DNA of 64,000 nucleotides from Elusimicrobiota bacterium (GTDB lineage Bacteria; Elusimicrobiota; Endomicrobiia; Endomicrobiales; JBDRNC01): NCBI GenBank assembly GCA_043811535.1, contig JBDRNC010000004.1, positions 1 to 64,000 of the forward strand, read 5' to 3'. Shown piece by piece: positions 57,680 to 64,000 of this stretch (position 1 is its first letter; each line of letters starts with the position of its first letter). The notes under the pieces were generated by a model. It saw only the letters and a program-made list of their open reading frames with translations, ran no database searches and was not told where the DNA came from. The position numbers and the translations under genes were made by a program.

Positions 57680-60600
57680 TCAGTATATTATCTCAACGCT
57701 GGACGGCAACTTGCTGAATGTTATCGTATCTTTTGTGAATTTTTCCCACTTTTTGCCGTTGACTTTGACTTCTCGTATATCCTTGTTGTTCGCCGGATTC
57801 CTCAAAACAAAACCGTTCACGGGGTTCTCAAGTTTTCCCGTGAACGCAACCTTTATCACGCCACCTTCCTTCTTCATCGAATAGCTCAGTTTTCCGTAAT
57901 ACGTGGGAAGGTTCTTGACAGATATCCCGTTGCCCTCAAGCCACTTCTCGTCAATGCCGGAACCCATGACGAGCTGGCGGTCATAATCATCTTCATAAAC
58001 GAACATGCACCTGATGACATTTATGTATATCGAACCTATCCATGAATGGGGCATGTCGCCGAGGTAGACCGGGGCCGTCGGGTCGCGCGGTATGACTTCC
58101 GACCAGTGGTTCCATTCCTTCGGCCTCAAGCCCTTGAAAACGTATCTTACCAGGTTCAGCCCTTTTTCTTTCTCGCCGAGCATGAAGAACGACTGCGCGC
58201 CCCTTATCTCGTACGGCGAGAACTCTACGGGCCCTTTCGCCGTCAATCTCTTATAAAACTCGTCCTGATAATATCTGTTCAGCATGTATGTGATGTTGTC
58301 CATGTCCAGATAGCGGTATTCAAACGTCGGGAAGAGCATTATAGACATTCCGATGGCGTCGAATTCCGCAAGCCCTATGGATGCGGGGATATAGCGGATA
58401 TTCTTCTGGTTCTGCACGATCGAAATGTCTTTCAGCAGGCAGTTCCTGAAATCATCTTCTTCTTTCAGCATCCACGGTATAAGTTCCGCCCTGCCTGCAA
58501 TCTTTGCCAGCGGCTGGGCTTCCTTCCACGCTTTCAGCGATAGAAAATCATCAAACAGGCTCTGCTGGGGATTATCCAGGTATCCCTCATGGCTCTGGTT
58601 CTTCGGCAGTATGCCGAACATAGGCGTGCCGGCGTAGCGCACGTCCGACATCTCGGCGCGCAGTTTTTCTATGAATTTCAGCGCCTTCTCTACGGTCGGA
58701 AATATCTTCTTCAGGAACTCCTTGTCTTTTGTGAAGCTGTAATAATCATAGATTGCCCAGACGTATTCGCCCGACGCGTCATATTCTCTCCAGTTTTTTG
58801 CGTAGTCCACGAGCTTGCCGGTCTTTGAATCCAGGATGCAGGGTATCTCGCCGTCCGGCGTCTGCGTCCCGGCCAGCCATTCAAGGTACTGTTTCGCGAA
58901 TTCCGGCTCCGTGGCCCTTAAAAGCGCGGCCTGTATGAACGCGCCGTCCCTTATCCAGGATCTTTCGTAGCTCCTCGAACCCGGCTGGAGCGCGGCGCCG
59001 TCCCTGTGTATGAGGATATACGCTATATTCGAGCGAAGCACGTCCATAATGCCCGGCTCCGGGATATTTATCTCTATCATGTTCAGCCGTTTCTGCCAGA
59101 GCGCTTTCGCCTGAGCGTAGTCCCGCATGAATTCTTCCCTGGAAGGAATTTTTGCGCTGTTGATGTTCCCGTCAAGAGGCAGAATGAATAAATACTCCTT
59201 TTCTTCGCCCGCCGCAAGGCTGAATTCGTATGACAGGGCCGCTGAAGCGCTGCCCGCCGGGTCGCTCACGCTTTCTTTTCCCGAAAGTTCGCCCTTGATC
59301 AGCCCGAAAAGCAGGTCCTCATCCTTGAACGCTTTCGCGCCGAAGGTATCCGGTTTTGACAGGGCTATTATTCCCTTATTTGAGTTAATTTCAATTTTAT
59401 TCCCGTTTTCTTTGCTGTTTATCGCGCTGATCACAGTCATTCCGCCGTGCATCCAGGGCGGGTTGACTTCAATGGGTCTTACGGAGAGAATATATTTCCC
59501 CGCGGCGGCTTTTGAAGAAAGATTTTTCAGCGTGCATATAATATAAGTTGAAGCATTGTCCTTTCCGCCATAGCCAAAAAGCTTTTCGGAATACTCGACG
59601 CCCTTGCATTTCCATGTCACGGAAGGTATCGGCAGGTAATTGTCCTCAAGAGCCAGCGAAATATCGGCGTCGGTGAAATTAACCAGTTCATTGTTAAGGT
59701 ACAGGAACGGTATGACTGAAAACCCGTTCGTATAGGAGCCGATCAGCCCTTTTGAAGATAAAAGACTCTCATTAAAGCTGTCCTCCGTGCCCACAACCGT
59801 CCAGTAATCCTGCTTATCGTTCAGCCAGAGCGGAAAATATCCCGGCGAGTACATGTTGGCTGTCATCTGATAGAATTCTTTGGGATTGCTGGCGTTCTTT
59901 GTGTTGTTAAGGACCTCCGCCAGCGTGTTTTTCGCGATTATAACCGACTTAAACACGCTATTGCCGCCGTTGGCGTTCTTCAATTTCACGGAAAACAAGT
60001 TTTCCGAACCGGGCCTGGCGTATTCCGTTATATCAATCTCCGCAGGTATTTTAGGACTTAGGATGGTTTTCACGAAGCTGCCGTTCACGGAAAGGTCATA
60101 CTCTTCTAATGACGCGTTAAACGCGATGAATACCTTGTTGCCGCTCCATGATTTTGGCAGGTAGATCGTTCTTTCCGGAACCGCGCTGAAATCCCAATTC
60201 ACTTTCTGGATGTGTTCCGGTTCTTTCTGCCCGATTCCGAAAGGTTCTCTCTCCGTCCTTACCGCTATCTCAAACAGCGAAAAACCGAAACCTGTGCCCC
60301 GCTTCCGGCACTGCATTTTCACGTACCGGGCAGAAACTTTCTGTATATCTATATCTTCCACGCCTCCGGACCCTTTCGGTTGGGTATATGCCGTCGTCCA
60401 TCTGTTTTTATCTTCCGAAACCATCACATCATAGCTCTCCCCATACGCGGTTTCCCACAACAGCTTGATACCTATGAGTTTTTCGGTGCCCCCCAGGTCA
60501 AGTTCTATCCACTGGTTGTCCGCCGCGGCACTGCTCCACCTTGTGGATAAGTTTCCGTCTACCGCTTTGGCCGCAGTCTTATCGGCGGCTTCATCTGTTG

Positions 60601-60709
60601 AAGAAATAGCTGTAATTGCAATGCATTTATCCAATCCGGCGCCGCAGGAATATAGTCCCAAAATAACCGCCGCGCAAAAAACGCTGATTTTCAACCTGTG
60701 AAAAACCAT
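57680..60709 (-). CDS. Secreted glycoside hydrolase: discoidin/CBM32 (F5/8 type C) domain plus (alpha/alpha)6 six-hairpin domain
   Basis: AVDGNLSTRWSS...QWIELDLG...WETAY...GFSLFEI; LQPGSRSYERSWIRDGA; SHEGY; GDMPHSWIGS. Confidence 0.88.
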   Translation of the reverse strand: MVFHRLKISVFCAAVILGLYSCGAGLDKCIAITAISSTDEAADKTAAKAVDGNLSTRWSSAAADNQWIELDLGGTEKLIGIKLLWETAYGESYDVMVSEDKNRWTTAYTQPKGSGGVEDIDIQKVSARYVKMQCRKRGTGFGFSLFEIAVRTEREPFGIGQKEPEHIQKVNWDFSAVPERTIYLPKSWSGNKVFIAFNASLEEYDLSVNGSFVKTILSPKIPAEIDITEYARPGSENLFSVKLKNANGGNSVFKSVIIAKNTLAEVLNNTKNASNPKEFYQMTANMYSPGYFPLWLNDKQDYWTVVGTEDSFNESLLSSKGLIGSYTNGFSVIPFLYLNNELVNFTDADISLALEDNYLPIPSVTWKCKGVEYSEKLFGYGGKDNASTYIICTLKNLSSKAAAGKYILSVRPIEVNPPWMHGGMTVISAINSKENGNKIEINSNKGIIALSKPDTFGAKAFKDEDLLFGLIKGELSGKESVSDPAGSASAALSYEFSLAAGEEKEYLFILPLDGNINSAKIPSREEFMRDYAQAKALWQKRLNMIEINIPEPGIMDVLRSNIAYILIHRDGAALQPGSRSYERSWIRDGAFIQAALLRATEPEFAKQYLEWLAGTQTPDGEIPCILDSKTGKLVDYAKNWREYDASGEYVWAIYDYYSFTKDKEFLKKIFPTVEKALKFIEKLRAEMSDVRYAGTPMFGILPKNQSHEGYLDNPQQSLFDDFLSLKAWKEAQPLAKIAGRAELIPWMLKEEDDFRNCLLKDISIVQNQKNIRYIPASIGLAEFDAIGMSIMLFPTFEYRYLDMDNITYMLNRYYQDEFYKRLTAKGPVEFSPYEIRGAQSFFMLGEKEKGLNLVRYVFKGLRPKEWNHWSEVIPRDPTAPVYLGDMPHSWIGSIYINVIRCMFVYEDDYDRQLVMGSGIDEKWLEGNGISVKNLPTYYGKLSYSMKKEGGVIKVAFTGKLENPVNGFVLRNPANNKDIREVKVNGKKWEKFTKDTITFSKLPSSVEIIY

Positions 60710-60850
60710 TGTCCGGCTCCTTTTTTAATATACAACAGAATTTTCGCGTGTTATCAAAGATTTTTTAACAAAAATTATGGAAGTTTTGCGGGAAATAAGC
60801 CGTTTCCGGACGCCGTCAAATACATATCCGGCGATACCGGCAAGTGACTC

Positions 60851-61897
60851 TCAGATTATCCGTTCTTTTGGGAGATTTTTGTTGGAAGACTGTCTCAGCA
60901 CCAGTTTGCTTTTCAATACCACGGATTTATAAGAGAAATCTTTGTTCCTGATGGCTTCAAGCAGCATTTCAGAGGCCTTTTTCCCCATTTCGAACATCGG
61001 CTGGTTCACGCTCGACAGGGGTGGGTCCGTTATCGCGCTGAAAGGCAAGTCGTCAAAACCTATGACCGCCACGTCATCCGGAATGCGCCTGTTCAGGCTC
61101 TTAAGCGCTTCCATCCCGCCGTAGGCCTGCGTGTCGCTTCCGAAAAGAATCGCGTCTATCTTCGGCTCCCTTTCCAGCAGCGTTTTCGTCGCAAGAGCCG
61201 ACTCCTTAAGATCGAACGAATGCTCGTCTTCTATCAGATACGGATCGTACGGCAGGCGCGCTTCAATGAGCGCTTTCTTGTAGCCCGCGAGGCGCAGTTC
61301 CCAGACGGCTTCATGGATCTCGCCCGGCATTACCAATCCTATTTTTCTTCTGCCTTGTTTAATAAGCGCCCTTGTCGCCCGATAGGCCGATTCTTCGTTG
61401 TCCGTCGTCACGCATTTTCCGTATGATGAGAAGTTGTTCAGTTGTACGACGGGAATGCCGCTCTTATGGAGGCGCGCGACGGTCCTGTCGGAAACCCCCA
61501 TGAACACCGCCAACAACCCGGCCAGCGACCTGTCCTGTATGACCTTATCTATAAAGCTTTCTTTCCTTACCTCGTCCGTGTACTGGCCGGACACGTTTAT
61601 GGCGTATCTTATCTGGTAAAACCCCGAATCCGACAGGACATTGTCTATGCCTTTCTGTATTTCTTTCGACAGGTATTCGCCCGCGAAGGAGAATATTATC
61701 CCTATGCTTTTCGACGCCCCGGCGAACATTCCTGTCTGCCTGGATTTTATGTACGGGAAGTATCCCATGCGGCGGGCTATCTTTTCTATCTTCCTTTTGA
61801 GGACCAGGCTTGTGCCGCCCCTGTCGTTGAGGGCCTTGGAGACCGCTCCTATTGAAACGCCCGCTTCTTTCGCTATATCCTTGATGGTTACAGACAT
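60851..61897 (-). CDS. LacI-family transcriptional regulator
   Basis: Start revised to 61897 (MSVTIKDIAKEAGVSIGAVSKALN); RIPDDVAVIGFDD, PPLSSVNQP. Confidence 0.93.
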   Translation of the reverse strand: MSVTIKDIAKEAGVSIGAVSKALNDRGGTSLVLKRKIEKIARRMGYFPYIKSRQTGMFAGASKSIGIIFSFAGEYLSKEIQKGIDNVLSDSGFYQIRYAINVSGQYTDEVRKESFIDKVIQDRSLAGLLAVFMGVSDRTVARLHKSGIPVVQLNNFSSYGKCVTTDNEESAYRATRALIKQGRRKIGLVMPGEIHEAVWELRLAGYKKALIEARLPYDPYLIEDEHSFDLKESALATKTLLEREPKIDAILFGSDTQAYGGMEALKSLNRRIPDDVAVIGFDDLPFSAITDPPLSSVNQPMFEMGKKASEMLLEAIRNKDFSYKSVVLKSKLVLRQSSNKNLPKERII

Positions 61898-61979
61898 GTT
61901 TTTCCTTTCGGGAAAATATTTTCTCTTGCCTAATTGTATACCATATCTTGGCAGTTTTTTCAATAAAGGGGAGGTCAAT

Positions 61980-62021
61980 AAAGGGGACGGTTCTATTTAA
62001 TTAAATAGAACCGTCCCCTTT
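61980..62021. repeat. Perfect 42-bp palindrome (REP-like or terminator) overlapping the stop of 62001..62972
   Basis: AAAAGGGGACGGTTCTATTTA|ATTAAATAGAACCGTCCCCTTT region; the arms AAAGGGGACGGTTCTATTTAA and TTAAATAGAACCGTCCCCTTT pair fully. Confidence 0.7.
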
Positions 62022-62972
62022 TCCTTTTCTGGAATCTACGCAATATGAATTGCCTTTAATGGATTTCGCCTTTACCTTGACTTCGGTCAGCACATTTGAA
62101 GCTTCCGACCAGGAATCTACGCGCTTTACCCTGCTGTCCAAAACGCCTATTGAAACGCTCAATAATTCAAATTCCTCCGTTTCGCCTTTCCGGTTCTTGC
62201 CCTTAAAAAATCCTTGCTGAAGCTCTTTTTTTTCGTATATCAAAGTTTTTATCCTTTCAATCTCCCCAAACACCTCGTTGCACACTCCGCCGGCGTCCGC
62301 CAAGCCGCTTATCACCGCCACAAAATCGTCGCCGCCGAGATGTCCGAGAAAAAATCCGTCCTTGCACGCCCTTCTTAAAGCCCTGTCTATCGCCCCAGAA
62401 CACTCTTTTATCACTATATCGCCTTTATGCGGCCCGTAAACATCGTTATACGCCTTGAAATTGTCGCAATCTATATAGAGTATTACGAATTCTGCGCCGG
62501 ACACGGCCGCATTATTGACGGCCTGCTCAATGACGGTGTTGCCCGGCAGGCGCGTCAGCGGGTTGACACCGGACTGCGCCATGTGCTCTTCCATGACACT
62601 GTTGACAAGAGCCATCAATTCGCTCCTGTCGCCGTCCTTGGGGAAGTAGTAGGGGGTTATCCGCCTCGCTTCTATCTTATCCTTGACGGTGGTTTTCGCG
62701 GAAAGGAACACCAGCGGTATGTTCGAGAGTTTATGGTCAAGCCTTATCTCCCTGCCAAGCGCGTAGCCGTCTTTTCCGGGCATGGCGATGTCGGCCACGA
62801 TGATATCCGGCAGGCGCCCTTCAATCCCCTTCAAATACTCTAATGCCCGTTCGGGATCGGTAAATCCGGATACGCTGAAATCCCCCACCGTTTCAAAAAA
62901 TACCTTTATCTGCTCGAGCATTTCGCCGTCGTCTTCCACGACAACCATTGAATTTTTCATATCAGAGGACAT
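62001..62972 (-). CDS. Response regulator with GGDEF-type domain (GGDDF), paralog of 39204..40157
   Basis: VVVEDD, PDIIVADIAMPGKDG, NPLTRLPGN, YIDCDNFKAYNDVYG, GHLGGDDF. Confidence 0.92.
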   Translation of the reverse strand: MSSDMKNSMVVVEDDGEMLEQIKVFFETVGDFSVSGFTDPERALEYLKGIEGRLPDIIVADIAMPGKDGYALGREIRLDHKLSNIPLVFLSAKTTVKDKIEARRITPYYFPKDGDRSELMALVNSVMEEHMAQSGVNPLTRLPGNTVIEQAVNNAAVSGAEFVILYIDCDNFKAYNDVYGPHKGDIVIKECSGAIDRALRRACKDGFFLGHLGGDDFVAVISGLADAGGVCNEVFGEIERIKTLIYEKKELQQGFFKGKNRKGETEEFELLSVSIGVLDSRVKRVDSWSEASNVLTEVKVKAKSIKGNSYCVDSRKGKGDGSI

Positions 62973-64000
62973 GGTTCCCTTTCAGGATAAAAATAAAGGC
63001 GCTCCCGTTTCCGTGTTTTGATTCCGCCCATATCTTTCCGCCGTGCAGCTCTATTATCTCCCTGCATATTGAAAGTCCCAGGCCGGTCCCGGATTTTTTC
63101 TTATCCGCGCGCGCCGGGTCGCCGCTTTGGACGAATCTCCTGAATATGAGTGTCAGCTCGTCTTCGCTGACACCGGGGCCGGTATCCCTTACTTCGCACC
63201 TTATCCCGCCGTTTTCCGCCTTCACTTCCACGAGGATCCTACCGGATTCCGGAGTGAACTTTACGGCGTTGCTTATCAGATTCATCAGGACCCTTCTGAT
63301 CGCCTCTATATCGCATTTAATCCCTGAATTTTCCCGCGCGCCTATTATTGTCAGCTCTATCTTCTTTTCTGCCGCCACCTGCTGGTTTAAATTTACCGCT
63401 TCGTGCGCGATATCGTAAAGGTTCTCCTCCGCGATGTCCAATTCAAACCTTCCCGCCTTGATCTTCGCAGTATCAAGCATGTTATTGACAAAATTTGACA
63501 ACCTGTCGGCCGCCTTGGCGATATTTTTGATGAATCCGGCCTGTTCGGCGCCGAGTTCGCCGTGCTTTTTAGTCAGCAGCACCGCGACATACGTTTTTAT
63601 GATGCCAAGCGGGCTTCTCAGGTCGTGCGAGACGTTATTTACGAACTCGTCTTTCATCTCGTCAATTACTTTCAGTTTTCCGACCATCTCTTTGACGGCC
63701 TTAGTGACCCGCGCCACCTCATCTTTTCCCCTCGGCTCAAGCTTTATTTCAAGGTTTCCCGCGCCCACTTCAGCGGATTCGCGCGCGAGTTTTACCAGAG
63801 GCTTCGCTATACCGAGCGCGATCACCAGCCCGGACAGCATGCCTATCAGAAGCCCTGTCAGCGCGATCCAAACGATTTTACCCGCGACCTCATGGAGCGA
63901 TCTCCTCGCGTCCTGCTCTATTGTTTCCCTGTCATATCTCACCAGCATCTTGCCTAGCGGGTTCTTTTTCACTGTTGACTTGACATCCATGTCAAACGCG
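62962..64000 (-). CDS. HAMP-domain histidine kinase, 5' end outside the window; paralog of 40539..41939
   Basis: TM, HAMP, VSHDLRSP, NLISNAVKFT, DTGPG, GTGLGLSICREI. Confidence 0.92.
   Translation of the reverse strand, partial: AFDMDVKSTVKKNPLGKMLVRYDRETIEQDARRSLHEVAGKIVWIALTGLLIGMLSGLVIALGIAKPLVKLARESAEVGAGNLEIKLEPRGKDEVARVTKAVKEMVGKLKVIDEMKDEFVNNVSHDLRSPLGIIKTYVAVLLTKKHGELGAEQAGFIKNIAKAADRLSNFVNNMLDTAKIKAGRFELDIAEENLYDIAHEAVNLNQQVAAEKKIELTIIGARENSGIKCDIEAIRRVLMNLISNAVKFTPESGRILVEVKAENGGIRCEVRDTGPGVSEDELTLIFRRFVQSGDPARADKKKSGTGLGLSICREIIELHGGKIWAESKHGNGSAFIFILKGNHVL

Noticed and set aside
60710..60850. LacI operator upstream of the glycoside hydrolase
   Set aside because: Only weak palindromes (GGAAA-N7-TTTCC); no convincing AANC/GNTT-centred operator.
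276..63957. Numerous plus-strand ORFs in the track overlapping long minus-strand genes (for example 276..881, 37029..37526, 43874..44491, 58046..58543), and minus-strand ORFs inside the IS and the permease
   Set aside because: Antisense shadows of well-supported genes, with no RBS or family motifs.

Overview
A 64-kb bacterial window, almost all on the minus strand, from a diderm organism that has PorV-like and FlgD-Ig sorting proteins; the lineage cannot be fixed from sequence alone. The main feature is a 24-kb gene (8015 aa) built from non-canonical YD/RHS-like repeats and ending in an AT-rich C-terminal domain with a nucleotidyltransferase-like motif. It is followed by a candidate immunity gene, an orphan C-terminal module with edema-factor/ExoY-like cyclase motifs and further small genes, then by an operon of two small membrane proteins, TolC, a membrane fusion protein and two RND transporters. 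A degenerate primase-like gene and a divergent sigma-70-type gene lie directly upstream of the giant gene. A 36-bp promoter-like motif with fixed spacing (ACAAA-N10-GGATnGGTATATTGTArGTGA) precedes the giant gene, the RND operon and a third gene run (surface protein, PorV-TPR, two-component/GGDEF genes), which suggests one dedicated regulon. From 48.2 to 56.1 kb there is a decayed integration hotspot: tRNA fragments, a GIY-YIG gene flanked by tRNA halves, a complete IS3 and duplicated lipoprotein/NlpC-P60 cassettes. The right end holds an NCS2 permease, a candidate sRNA, a CBM32-glycoside hydrolase, a LacI regulator and a second kinase/GGDEF module. All calls are by eye; no searches were run.
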